A stretch of DNA of 64,000 nucleotides from an uncultured Gammaproteobacteria bacterium (GTDB taxonomy: Bacteria; Pseudomonadota; Gammaproteobacteria; JAURND01), in NCBI GenBank assembly GCA_963714975.1, contig CAVQQD010000002.1:1024001-1088000 (forward strand), read 5' to 3'. The position numbers were made by a program, and so were the translations under genes. Numbering within the stretch: position 1 is the stretch's first letter; each line of letters opens with the position of its first letter. The notes beneath the pieces were generated by a model. That model searched no databases. It was not told the origin of the DNA and saw only the letters and a program-made list of their open reading frames with translations. Below, in pieces: positions 10,173 to 19,373 of this stretch.

Positions 10173-10229
10173 GAACCCATATTAAAAGAAACAGAGGAAC
10201 GCACAATACCGTAGTCCCAGAGTTTTTAT

Positions 10230-10370
10230 CCCTTCTCCCCTTGGGGAGAAGGTGCCCCTTCGACAGGCTCAGGGCAGGCTGGCGGATGAGGGTGTTTAAA
10301 ATAGCTTAAAGCTACAACAGGACACCCTCATCCGGCCTGCGGCCACCTTCTCCCGCAAGCGGGAGAGGGG
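10230..10370. repeat. Inverted family-A doublet with a nested cccttcgacaggctcagggc motif
   Basis: Paralogous to 7588-7704, including the flank gatttccgtgccac(a)ccactctc. Confidence 0.88.
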
Positions 10371-10426
10371 ATTTCCGTGCCACCCACTCTCCTGCAGCAA
10401 TCCCTGCGGAAAAAGGGATTTGCAAG

Positions 10427-10828
10427 CTACTCCCAAAAATCCGTCTGCCCTTTTTGCACTCCTGCTAATAACCTCGCGCACAATTCATCGGTAAAAGGCT
10501 TATCAAACAGGCCATTGAGTTTTAGTGCCTTGGCTCGCGTATAACAGCTTTCCTCATGCACGGCATGGGCGGACAAGATGACAATCGGCACGTTCGCATT
10601 GCCACTTAAATGCTTACGCATAAGTTGGGCCAGATCGAGGCCATAGTAATCCGGGAGTCCAAGATCAAGTAAGACCAGGTCATAACGATTGGAAAATAAT
10701 TGAATGGCTTGGGTGCCATTCATAGCTAAATCGACTTGGCAGTTTGCTGCAGTGAAAATAGATTCGGCCGCTTTACTGGCCATTTTGTTATCCTCAACGG
10801 CGAGGACTCTGAATTGCTTGGTATTCAT
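10427..10828 (-). CDS. Single-domain response regulator (CheY-like receiver)
   Basis: VLAVEDN, LLDLGLPD, ILSAH and FDKPF receiver motifs. Confidence 0.92.
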   Translation of the reverse strand: MNTKQFRVLAVEDNKMASKAAESIFTAANCQVDLAMNGTQAIQLFSNRYDLVLLDLGLPDYYGLDLAQLMRKHLSGNANVPIVILSAHAVHEESCYTRAKALKLNGLFDKPFTDELCARLLAGVQKGQTDFWE

Positions 10829-10964
10829 GATGGTTTGCTCCTATTGTTATCGTTAAAATGGATTCATCAAACCAAGAAATCTTAAGGAGTAATAGTGGCA
10901 GAGATTAAAGAGATGACAGGGCAGGAAATCAAATCGCTGCCCCGCCACCGCTACCCCTGCCACT

Positions 10965-11168
10965 TTATCGACCCAACCTCACTAGCCTCCTCCCACATCC
11001 CAAATCGCCACAAAATGCTGCCCTACCACCCCACAATGGCTGCGAGGATTTAAAGCAGACAACATTCTGATTTGACAATGGAAATACCACGAACGATTGA
11101 CACGTGAGAGAAAAATAATTGAAGCTGTTTTGCACGGACGCAAGATGCGTTAAACTGACTGCAGCCAT
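10965..11168 (-). CDS. 67-aa small protein under putative antisense control, copy 2
   Basis: SD AGGAG then ATG 11168; differs from copy 1 by 3 residues. Confidence 0.5.
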   Translation of the reverse strand: MAAVSLTHLASVQNSFNYFSLTCQSFVVFPLSNQNVVCFKSSQPLWGGRAAFCGDLGCGRRLVRLGR

Positions 11169-11237
11169 GGTGAATCTCCTTGTTAGATTCCAGTGGTTAG
11201 CGTGTGGACCAGGTGTTGGAGCACCTACCACACGCGC
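11163..11237 (+). ncRNA. SymR-like cis-antisense RNA, copy 2
   Basis: TAAACT at 11151-11156; same two hairpins as copy 1 with changed loops. Confidence 0.55.
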
Positions 11238-11295
11238 CTATTATCATCAGTTTATTTTAATCTGGCAACTGCTTTTTAAAAAAAATTACTATCAC

Positions 11296-12249
11296 ATGTT
11301 AGCAACAGACAAAATTTTTCCAGTAGTTATTTTATGCACCTCAGGATTTGGCTTACTTGCTCCCCAGCTTTTTCTTTGGGCAAAACCCCATATTCCAGTT
11401 TTTTTAGGAATCATTATGTTTGCCATTGGCTTAACTTTAGAAGCTGGTGATTTTAAACAAACATGGAATTTACGTGCGCAAATAGTCATCATCATTATTT
11501 TAAAATATGCATTACTGCCAATGGTAGCCTTTTGTTTGGCAAAATTATTTGGATTAACTACAGAACAATATTTGGGTCTATTAATAGTGGCTAGCTGCCC
11601 AGGAGGAACTGCTGCTGCTGTTATGACCTACCTAGCCCGGGCGAATACCGCGTTAACTGTGGTACTAACTTTTTTATCCACAATAATCTCTCCTTTGATG
11701 ACACCATTGCTTATATTTTTGTTTGTTCACCAAGAAATTATAGTGCCATGGCAAAATATGATGAACACTATCTTCTGGGTCATGTTTTTCCCGTTGATGG
11801 ATGGCCTAATCCTCAGAAAAATAATAGGCACGAAAATAGGGGCTATTAAATCGTTCTTACCTATCCTGGCTATGCTATGTATCGCAATTATCATTGGCTG
11901 TGTCATTGCCCTTAACCGTCAAATGCTATTAGCACTTCCTGTGGCTGCAGGAGCAGCGGTGTTAAGCACCCATCTCTGCGGCTTAATTTTGGGCTATCTA
12001 ATAGCTAAATACATTTTTTGCTGGCACAAAAGTAATTGCCAAGCTACAGCATTTGAATTTGGTATGCAAGATTCTGGAATGGCGGTAATGCTAGCAACGA
12101 AATTTTTTAGTAATGCAGTGGCATTATGTGCTAGCTTGTATAGTCTCATCCAGAATCTATTAGGACCCATAGTCGCACGGTATTTTTCAATGCATAACAA
12201 TAAAGTAGGTTCGGCTTATCCCTTCTCCCGTAAGCGGAAGAAGGGATAA
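11296..12249 (+). CDS. Bile acid:sodium symporter (BASS) family transporter
   Basis: LGIIMFAIGLTL, SCPGGTAA and EFGMQDSG motifs; start placed at ATG 11296. Confidence 0.92.
   Translation: MLATDKIFPVVILCTSGFGLLAPQLFLWAKPHIPVFLGIIMFAIGLTLEAGDFKQTWNLRAQIVIIIILKYALLPMVAFCLAKLFGLTTEQYLGLLIVASCPGGTAAAVMTYLARANTALTVVLTFLSTIISPLMTPLLIFLFVHQEIIVPWQNMMNTIFWVMFFPLMDGLILRKIIGTKIGAIKSFLPILAMLCIAIIIGCVIALNRQMLLALPVAAGAAVLSTHLCGLILGYLIAKYIFCWHKSNCQATAFEFGMQDSGMAVMLATKFFSNAVALCASLYSLIQNLLGPIVARYFSMHNNKVGSAYPFSRKRKKG
12219..12245. repeat. Family-A hairpin overlapping the BASS 3' end
   Basis: cccttctcccgtaagcggaagaaggg encodes PFSRKRKKG before the stop. Confidence 0.75.
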
Positions 12250-12294
12250 TCAACGGCAGCAGGAAATCGCATGGTAATGGAGAGCTCGAAAGCC

Positions 12295-14004
12295 TCAATG
12301 CCGCTTAAAAACAAATAAATATCCTTCCACTGGTTGCTGTTTTTGGCTGCGTAAAATAACTTCTTCCGTACGTTCAATGCTAAACCCGTGTCGCTCAGCT
12401 AACTCTTCCACATAGCGACGATTATGGGCAAAGCGGGCACTGGGTTGCAAAATAAAGGAAGATTCGTAAGTTTTTTCAACGGTAAGCGCGAATAGTCCTT
12501 GTTGGCGCAATGCTTGGTGTGCTAAATGAAAAGTACAGTCTAATTCTCCTACATAACCCAAAACATCTCCGGCTAACACGAGATCCAAATTTTGATATTT
12601 CTTCAATGCATCTTCAATATCCATCTTTTTTAATTCGTCGTACAGTTGTTTTTGTGCTGCTGCAGTCAGCATGTTGTCAGATAAATCAATGCCAATTAAT
12701 TGTTTTGCTAGCCCGCGAAAAGCAGCTCCGCACAATCCAGTGCCGCAACCTAAATCTAAAATGGTTAATTCAGCTTTTCGCGTCAATAGGGTTTCGGTCA
12801 CTGCTTTAAACAGTAATTGAGGCACTTGATAGTGTAAATATTCTTGCAAATGTTGATCAAAATGAGGGGCATATTGATCAAATAAGTGTTCAATATATTC
12901 TTTTGGTGCAGTAGTAGGGCCTGACTTTTGTGCAATGGCTGCCAATATATACATAATTTCAGGATCTTCTGGTTTTAATGCCAATGCTTGTTCGTAATGG
13001 AAAGCCGCTTGACTTAAATCTTCTTTTTTTAGATACACTGCCCCTAGATTAAGATGAGCATTAAAATATTTCGGTTCTAGACGTAACGCTTCTTTTAGAT
13101 ACTGGATCGCATCATCATGCCGATCTTGATAGAAGTAAATCACTCCCAAATTATAAAAAGTATCTAAATCAGGTTGGATCTCTAATAACTGTAAATAACA
13201 CTGCAGCGCTGCATCTGGCTTGCGTTGCACTAAATACAGTGCACCCAGATTATGTAATGCCTCGGTATGTTTCGGCTCTAATTTTAAAGCTTCTTGATAA
13301 TGATCAATGGCTTGTTCGGCTTGATCTTGTTGAGTCAAGGCCACTGCTAATTGATGATGTATCTCCGAGAGATGGGGATCGATTGCTAATCGTGCTCGAT
13401 AATGCTCAACCGCTTCGGCCGGGCGGCCCTGCTGTAATAATAATTGTCCCAGATGTGCTAGTGCTTGCTCATGTTGTGGCTCGTGCTGCAAAGCTTTTTC
13501 TAAGGCAGCAATGGCTTCAGTATATTTGGATTGTGAAGTCAATGCCGAGCTCAAATTAAAATGAGCATCCGCATAGTCAGGTTTTAATTCTATTGCCCGA
13601 CGATAATACTTTTCAGCTAAGCCATATTGTCTTTGCTTATGATATAAAATACCCATATTATTATTTACAGCAGAAGATTCAGGTTGAATTTCTAGGGCTT
13701 TTTCGAAATGCGCAACGGCTTGCTTGGTATGTCCTAAATGCCTTTGAATATTCCCCATGCTGTTATGAAAAGTAGCTGATTCAGGCTGTAATTTTAAGGC
13801 TAAATTTAACCATGATTCTGCTAATTCAAATTTTCCTTGTTGGCCTGAGGCAATACCCAGCAAATGCAGTACATCGGCCCTCTTGGGATCTTGTTTACGT
13901 ATTTTTTTATAGAGCTGCTCAGCCTGCTCAAAATCACCGCCTTGGTGTAATTGAATTGCTTGCTGCAATAAATCATCGGCTGAAAAATCAGGACTTTTTT
14001 TCAT
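12295..14004 (-). CDS. TPR-repeat protein fused to a C-terminal class I SAM methyltransferase
   Basis: About 10 TPR-like repeats, then LFDQYA..FD, LDLGCGTG and GIDLS motifs. Confidence 0.93.
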   Translation of the reverse strand: MKKSPDFSADDLLQQAIQLHQGGDFEQAEQLYKKIRKQDPKRADVLHLLGIASGQQGKFELAESWLNLALKLQPESATFHNSMGNIQRHLGHTKQAVAHFEKALEIQPESSAVNNNMGILYHKQRQYGLAEKYYRRAIELKPDYADAHFNLSSALTSQSKYTEAIAALEKALQHEPQHEQALAHLGQLLLQQGRPAEAVEHYRARLAIDPHLSEIHHQLAVALTQQDQAEQAIDHYQEALKLEPKHTEALHNLGALYLVQRKPDAALQCYLQLLEIQPDLDTFYNLGVIYFYQDRHDDAIQYLKEALRLEPKYFNAHLNLGAVYLKKEDLSQAAFHYEQALALKPEDPEIMYILAAIAQKSGPTTAPKEYIEHLFDQYAPHFDQHLQEYLHYQVPQLLFKAVTETLLTRKAELTILDLGCGTGLCGAAFRGLAKQLIGIDLSDNMLTAAAQKQLYDELKKMDIEDALKKYQNLDLVLAGDVLGYVGELDCTFHLAHQALRQQGLFALTVEKTYESSFILQPSARFAHNRRYVEELAERHGFSIERTEEVILRSQKQQPVEGYLFVFKRH

Positions 14005-14032
14005 ACTTCACACCTTAATTAAAGTAAAAAAT

Positions 14033-15013
14033 TTACGTCCCTGCCTTTATAGCTCGGCTTAATTGATAGGTTGCCATTGCATACATCTTACTTCCATTAT
14101 ACTTACGAATTACAGTAAAATTGTGAAAGGTAATCCAGTATTCCATACCCTCTTTTCCTTCTAATGGCAATACGCCAAGTAATGCACCTTTAGGAACTTT
14201 GCCAGTAGGTACAAGACCATAATGATGCAATTCCTGCACAGTAAATCGAGTCTTGCCTGCTTCACTGGCTAATAGCTTATGACGAGGATTGATGATTTTA
14301 GCTCGCATAGCAATGGGCTGTTTTGCCCGCCAACCCTTGGCTTGCAAATAATTACCAATACTGTAAATAGCATCCGGCTTGCTGTGGAACAAATTACTTT
14401 TTTGGCTCGAATTGATTGCAACGGCATAACTACGGTAACTACTGGGCATAAATTGTGCCATTCCCAAGCCCCCATCATAAGAACTCTTAATATGGAGAGG
14501 ATCCCAGTTTTGGTCACGACATAGTAATAAAAATTGGGTCAGTTCATTGCGAAAATAGTCGCGGCGCCGTGGAGAAAAGAAGGCAAAGGTAGTTAAGGCA
14601 TTCAGTGCTTCATAATGGCCCTGATTACGGCTGTAGTTGCTCTCCATCCCTAATATGGCAACAATAACGTTAGGTGGCACACCATATTTTTTTTCAGCCC
14701 GTGCCAAAGTTCGAGCGTTTTCTTGCTTAAATTCGCTGCCTTGATGAATACGTAAGGGGGTGATACGGGTTTCTTGATAGACATACCAGGGCATAGGCTG
14801 TTTTATACGAGCCACCTGTTGCATTTTTGCAATAATTTCGGGATTAAAAAGCACATGATGATACCAGGCATGTAATTGCGCTATATCAAAATCATATTTC
14901 TCACTTACTTCCTTGAGGTAACGATCCACTTCAGGCGCATGATTTAAATCGAGTGCCAAGGAAGTTGTCGCAGACAAAAGGAAAACCACGAGTAAAAGAA
15001 ATTTCTTCATCAA
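14033..15013 (-). CDS. mltB: Lytic murein transglycosylase B
   Basis: AILGMES, QFMPSSY and NFTVIRKYNGS motifs; downstream of rodA. Confidence 0.9.
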   Translation of the reverse strand: MMKKFLLLVVFLLSATTSLALDLNHAPEVDRYLKEVSEKYDFDIAQLHAWYHHVLFNPEIIAKMQQVARIKQPMPWYVYQETRITPLRIHQGSEFKQENARTLARAEKKYGVPPNVIVAILGMESNYSRNQGHYEALNALTTFAFFSPRRRDYFRNELTQFLLLCRDQNWDPLHIKSSYDGGLGMAQFMPSSYRSYAVAINSSQKSNLFHSKPDAIYSIGNYLQAKGWRAKQPIAMRAKIINPRHKLLASEAGKTRFTVQELHHYGLVPTGKVPKGALLGVLPLEGKEGMEYWITFHNFTVIRKYNGSKMYAMATYQLSRAIKAGT

Positions 15014-15015
15014 TC

Positions 15016-16161
15016 TTATCGTCTAAGTAATTTTCTATGGGTATGAATCGCCATAATAATACCAAACCCTGCCATAATCGTCACCATAGAGGTTCCGCCA
15101 TAGCTAATTAGCGGTAGTGGTAAACCTACCACCGGTAAAATACCCGTGACCATCCCCATATTGACAAAAAAGGACAGAAAGAAAGTAAGGCTTAAACTTC
15201 CTGCTAATAATCGAGAAAATGTGTCCTGAGCCTGAGTGGCAATATGCAAGCCACGTAAGGCAATAAAGGTTAACATCAGAATTAACAGGATACTGCCCAC
15301 AAAACCCAACTCTTCACCTACTACTCCAAAAATAAAATCGGTGGCATGTTCCGGTAAAAATTGCAAATGTGACTGCGTTCCATGTAAATACCCTTTGCCA
15401 AAAATTCCGCCTGAGCCAATGGCAATTTTAGATTGAATAATATGGTAACCAGCTCCCAGCGGATCACGCTCAGGATCAAGAAAAGTCAGCACTCGTTGTT
15501 GCTGATACTCATGTAAGAAATGCCACAATACCGGCGCACAAACCCCTGCAATTACAATAAAAGCAAATATGCTGCGCCAGCGCATCCCTGATAAGAAAAA
15601 CACCCAAACTCCGGTAAATAAAATAACCAGGGCAGTTCCTAAATCGGGTTGTTTTGCCGTTAAACCCACTGGGACTAATAGCAATAGCCCACATATCAAT
15701 AAGGGGATTAATTGAGGGGGCAAAGGTTTTTTATCTAAAAACCAGGCTAACATCATAGGCATAGCTAACTTCATAATTTCGGAAGGCTGAAAACGAAAAA
15801 TTCCCAAGTTAAGCCAACGTTGCGCCCCCTTTCCGGTATGACCAATAATTAACACTGCGACTAGCATTAACACTCCCAACGTAAACACCCAGGGAGCCCA
15901 TTGGTAATAGCGTTGTGGTGGTATCTGAGCAAAACAAAGCATCACTCCAAGGGCGAGGCATACCCATAACATTTGTCGCCCCAATAAAACTAAACTTTGG
16001 TTGTCGGCACTATATAGAATTAATAAGCCGATAAATAATACTAATGCAATCCCCAAAAACAGCGACGGATCAATATGAAATTTTTCCCAAAAGCTACGTG
16101 CTAAGCGATTTGAAGAACGCGTAGGTCTTAGGCTATAAAAAAAATAATTAATGAATTTCAT
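15016..16161 (-). CDS. rodA: Rod shape-determining protein RodA
   Basis: GAQRW, QPSEIMK, QPDLGT and PEHATDFIF motifs; adjacent to mrdA. Confidence 0.96.
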   Translation of the reverse strand: MKFINYFFYSLRPTRSSNRLARSFWEKFHIDPSLFLGIALVLFIGLLILYSADNQSLVLLGRQMLWVCLALGVMLCFAQIPPQRYYQWAPWVFTLGVLMLVAVLIIGHTGKGAQRWLNLGIFRFQPSEIMKLAMPMMLAWFLDKKPLPPQLIPLLICGLLLLVPVGLTAKQPDLGTALVILFTGVWVFFLSGMRWRSIFAFIVIAGVCAPVLWHFLHEYQQQRVLTFLDPERDPLGAGYHIIQSKIAIGSGGIFGKGYLHGTQSHLQFLPEHATDFIFGVVGEELGFVGSILLILMLTFIALRGLHIATQAQDTFSRLLAGSLSLTFFLSFFVNMGMVTGILPVVGLPLPLISYGGTSMVTIMAGFGIIMAIHTHRKLLRR

Positions 16162-16207
16162 TGGTAAGTCTCAGTGAATCAAATCCCATTCCCATTTCCT
16201 TATGCCC

Positions 16208-16260
16208 TGGATCCCGGCATCCATGCCGGGACGACGACAGGAACCGGGACGACGACAGGG
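16208..16260. repeat. Family-C palindrome (ggatcccggcatccatgccgggacgac) with a duplicated tail
   Basis: cccggcatccatgccggg hairpin followed by ccgggacgacgacagg twice. Confidence 0.8.
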
Positions 16261-16261
16261 A

Positions 16262-18214
16262 TTAGTCTCCTCCTGTCCCCTCTTCAGGTTGCTCTACCCA
16301 GGGTAGCTTTTTCAGCTCCGATTGTTCTGCAGTCATAGCCGTATTTCCTGTAGTTGCTATTGGCGCCTGGGTTTGTCCATGAGTTGGCAGGAAATAATAT
16401 TGCAAAAGCTGCCGAGCGACAACGACTGCCTGGTGAGGATGATGCTCTACCAGTACCGCAATCGCAATTTGCGGATCTTCCACCGGAGCAAAGGCAATAA
16501 ACCACGCATGGCTACGATATTTGCTTGGCATGGAAGGACTATCCTCATCACCATAGGCGCTGGGCCGATAGACTTGAGCCGTCCCAGTTTTACCCGCTGC
16601 CGAAAAGGAGCTACCGTTACTGAGTGAATGAGCAGTGCCACGTGGGCTCTCCACCACATCACGCATCGCAGCAATGACCAAATCCCAATTCTTCGCGTCA
16701 TTTAGCTTCACTTGCGGTCGGGTAATAGGTTTAACCATTGCCAGCTGACCGGTCGGTTTTTGAATTTTCAGTAAAAAGCGCGGTTGATAACGAACCCCAT
16801 GATTTGCCATCCCTGAAACTGCAGAGGCCATTTGTAAAGGAGTCACCAAGGTAAAGCCCTGCCCGGTGCCGACATTGATCGTGTCGCCGCCATACCAGCC
16901 CTGTCCTAAAGCCGCTCTTTTCCATACCGGGGAAGGTACCACGCCCCCCAGTTCTTCTTTAACATCCAGTCCAGTCGGGTTTCCCAAACCAAACCGATTT
17001 AATATATCACTCATCCGATTAATACCCATTTTATTAGCTAGAGTATTAAAAAAGGTATCACAGGATTGCACAATCGCTTTGTGCACATCCACAATTCCAT
17101 GCCCCCCTTTTTTGTAATTCCAGTCTTTCCACACTCGACTCACTCCAGCCAAAGCAAACCAGCCTGGATCCCGAATTTTAAATGTCGGGGTGATAACTCC
17201 GGTATCTAAGCCCTGCAAACCAAAAAAAGGCTTTACCGTTGAACCTGGGGGATAAAGGCCCCGCAACGCCCGATTATACAAGGGACGCTTTGGATCTTCG
17301 CGTAACGCTTTGTACTCTTGGTTAGTCACTCCGCGCACAAACATATTAGGATCATAGCGAGGGTTACTGACAAAAGCTAATACCTCTCCAGTCGTGGGTT
17401 TAATGGCTACCACTGCCCCTTGATCTTCCCCTAAAAAGCCTTCTGCCGCCTTTTGTAATTGGCTATCGAGAGAAAGATATAAATTATTTCCTGCCATGGG
17501 CGGAATATACTTTACGGTGCGGATGATACGACCATTCGCATCGGTTTCTACTTGTTTGTAACCTACCTTACCATGCAATTGATTCTCATAAAATTTTTCA
17601 ACACCGAGCTTCCCAATGTAGTCAGTAGCCGCATAATTCGCAAGATCTACCTGAGTAAGTTCTTGTTCATTGATGCGACCCACATAACCTAAGGCACTGA
17701 CCATGGTATCGCTCTGCGGATAATTACGAATTAACCGGGCGGTTACTTGAAATCCAGGAAACCGAAATTGGTTTAAGTAAAAACGTGCCACTTCCTCTTC
17801 AGTCAATTTAAGTTTCAGGGTAATCCCTTCGGAGTGGCGTTTTTGTTTTAATGCTTTGTTAAACTGCTGCAGATCCTCTGGAGTGATAACAATGATCTTG
17901 CCAATTTCAATCAATGAGGCTTTAAAATAAGGCACTCGATCCGGAACTACATCAAGACTAAAGACCGGGACATTTTCAGCTAAAAGTACGCCATTTCGGT
18001 CGTAGATTAAGCCTCGACTGGGATCAATAGGAATCAAAGTGAGCTGATTTTCATCGGATAAAGTAATGAATAATTGGTGTTGGTACATTTGCAAGTACGC
18101 TAAGCGACCAATTAGCAGCCCTAGCAATAAAACAATAAAAACCAAGGCGATAATGACTCGCTTATGAAAAAGATGAGTTTCTGCAAGGTAATTTTTTAAA
18201 GAAAGCCGAGACAT
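16262..18214 (-). CDS. mrdA: Penicillin-binding protein 2
   Basis: SxxK (STVK), SCD and KTGT motifs; N-terminal TM. Confidence 0.97.
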   Translation of the reverse strand: MSRLSLKNYLAETHLFHKRVIIALVFIVLLLGLLIGRLAYLQMYQHQLFITLSDENQLTLIPIDPSRGLIYDRNGVLLAENVPVFSLDVVPDRVPYFKASLIEIGKIIVITPEDLQQFNKALKQKRHSEGITLKLKLTEEEVARFYLNQFRFPGFQVTARLIRNYPQSDTMVSALGYVGRINEQELTQVDLANYAATDYIGKLGVEKFYENQLHGKVGYKQVETDANGRIIRTVKYIPPMAGNNLYLSLDSQLQKAAEGFLGEDQGAVVAIKPTTGEVLAFVSNPRYDPNMFVRGVTNQEYKALREDPKRPLYNRALRGLYPPGSTVKPFFGLQGLDTGVITPTFKIRDPGWFALAGVSRVWKDWNYKKGGHGIVDVHKAIVQSCDTFFNTLANKMGINRMSDILNRFGLGNPTGLDVKEELGGVVPSPVWKRAALGQGWYGGDTINVGTGQGFTLVTPLQMASAVSGMANHGVRYQPRFLLKIQKPTGQLAMVKPITRPQVKLNDAKNWDLVIAAMRDVVESPRGTAHSLSNGSSFSAAGKTGTAQVYRPSAYGDEDSPSMPSKYRSHAWFIAFAPVEDPQIAIAVLVEHHPHQAVVVARQLLQYYFLPTHGQTQAPIATTGNTAMTAEQSELKKLPWVEQPEEGTGGD

Positions 18215-18224
18215 ACGTATCCAT

Positions 18225-18539
18225 TTATGTCCATAATTTTTCTAAGCCGTAAAAACTCCGTGTTTCAGCTAGCATGATGTGGACCACAGCATCGCCCAAA
18301 TCTACTAAAATCCAATCACCATATTGCTGTCCCTCAACTCCTATGGGCATTATACCCCGGATCTTGCTTTGAGTAACAAGATGTTCAGCAATGGATTTGG
18401 TATGACGCGATGAAGTACCGGTGCAAACCACCATCGCATCAGTGATACTAGTGATAGCACTGACGTTCAGTACCACAATTTCCCGAGCCTTCATATCTTC
18501 TAGGGTGTCAACGATAAATTTTAATAATACTGATTGCAT
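18225..18539 (-). CDS. rsfS: Ribosome silencing factor RsfS
   Basis: TGTSSRH, WILVDLGDAVVH and FYGLEKLW motifs. Confidence 0.95.
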   Translation of the reverse strand: MQSVLLKFIVDTLEDMKAREIVVLNVSAITSITDAMVVCTGTSSRHTKSIAEHLVTQSKIRGIMPIGVEGQQYGDWILVDLGDAVVHIMLAETRSFYGLEKLWT

Positions 18540-18577
18540 AAGCCTCGTCTGCGATAAAGTCGGTTTCGCTTCCTGTG

Positions 18578-18608
18578 CCGTGGATCCCTGCTTCTTGCAG
18601 GGACGACA
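18578..18608. repeat. Family-C palindrome
   Basis: ggatccctgcttcttgcagggacgac. Confidence 0.7.
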
Positions 18609-18611
18609 TCC

Positions 18612-19373
18612 CTAACTATATAAATTCGTTTGTCCAATATAATCCCACACTTTTGGAGATAAATTATAACGAACAGCAGTATTCTTTTGACATATCTGAT
18701 AACGAACATCAGTAGCAGAAATTGCTAAAGGAATAATGGGCAGGAAAAAAATACACCCCGCAGCCTGTTGATGCAACTGCTGATAATCAAGTACCTGATG
18801 ACGGCTTACCCAAGCTTGCATGTCAGCTCCGATGAGATCCCTCGCTTCGCTCGGGATGACAGGCATGGCGCTCGGGATGACAGGCATGGCGCTCGGGATG
18901 ACAGGCATGGCGCTCGGGATGGCATGTATGTCATCCCGAGCGAAGCGAGGGATCTCATCGAAGGAAACTGGTCTTGAACTAACCACCAAATGGGCAAAAT
19001 CTAAAATGCGCCGCCACTCATACCACTGATCCATTTGCTGCAATTGATCCACCCCGATGATAAAACATAATGGGGTGTCATCCTCTTCTGCCCGAATCGC
19101 CATCAAACTATCAATCGTATAGGAAATATCATTTTCAGCATAAATTTCCCGTTCATCTACCTGTAAATGCGGATGATCCTCTATCGCAAGTCTCACCATG
19201 GCCAAGCGCTGTTCTGGGCTAGCCAACGGCATGTCGCGTAGATTAGGAATTCCAGTGGGTAACAGACGCACGGCTTGCAGTTGCAAGCCATGATAAACCG
19301 ACAAAGCCATATGTAAATGCCCTAAATGGATCGGGTCAAAGGTACCACCTAATAAGCCTATCGGAGAAGACAT
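18612..19373 (-). CDS. nadD: Nicotinate-nucleotide adenylyltransferase with an in-frame repeat insertion
   Basis: GGTFDPIHLGH, SYTIDSL and ISATDVR motifs; downstream of holA. Confidence 0.95.
   Translation of the reverse strand: MSSPIGLLGGTFDPIHLGHLHMALSVYHGLQLQAVRLLPTGIPNLRDMPLASPEQRLAMVRLAIEDHPHLQVDEREIYAENDISYTIDSLMAIRAEEDDTPLCFIIGVDQLQQMDQWYEWRRILDFAHLVVSSRPVSFDEIPRFARDDIHAIPSAMPVIPSAMPVIPSAMPVIPSEARDLIGADMQAWVSRHQVLDYQQLHQQAAGCIFFLPIIPLAISATDVRYQICQKNTAVRYNLSPKVWDYIGQTNLYS
18830..18960. repeat. Family-B element inside nadD: 32-bp inverted arms enclosing three 21-bp tandem units
   Basis: Arms at 18830-18861 and 18929-18960; unit ggcatggcgctcgggatgaca x3. Confidence 0.95.

Larger units (their letters stand above)
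10949..11285. repeat. Duplicated module, copy 2
   Basis: Matches 8810-9145. Confidence 0.95.

Noticed and set aside
11119-11295. N-terminal extension of the BASS transporter
   Set aside because: It runs through the duplicated antisense module; the family-like sequence begins at ATG 11296.
18830-18960. 21-bp tandem units as a mini CRISPR array
   Set aside because: The units are contiguous with no unique spacers, lie inside nadD, and no cas genes are present in the window.
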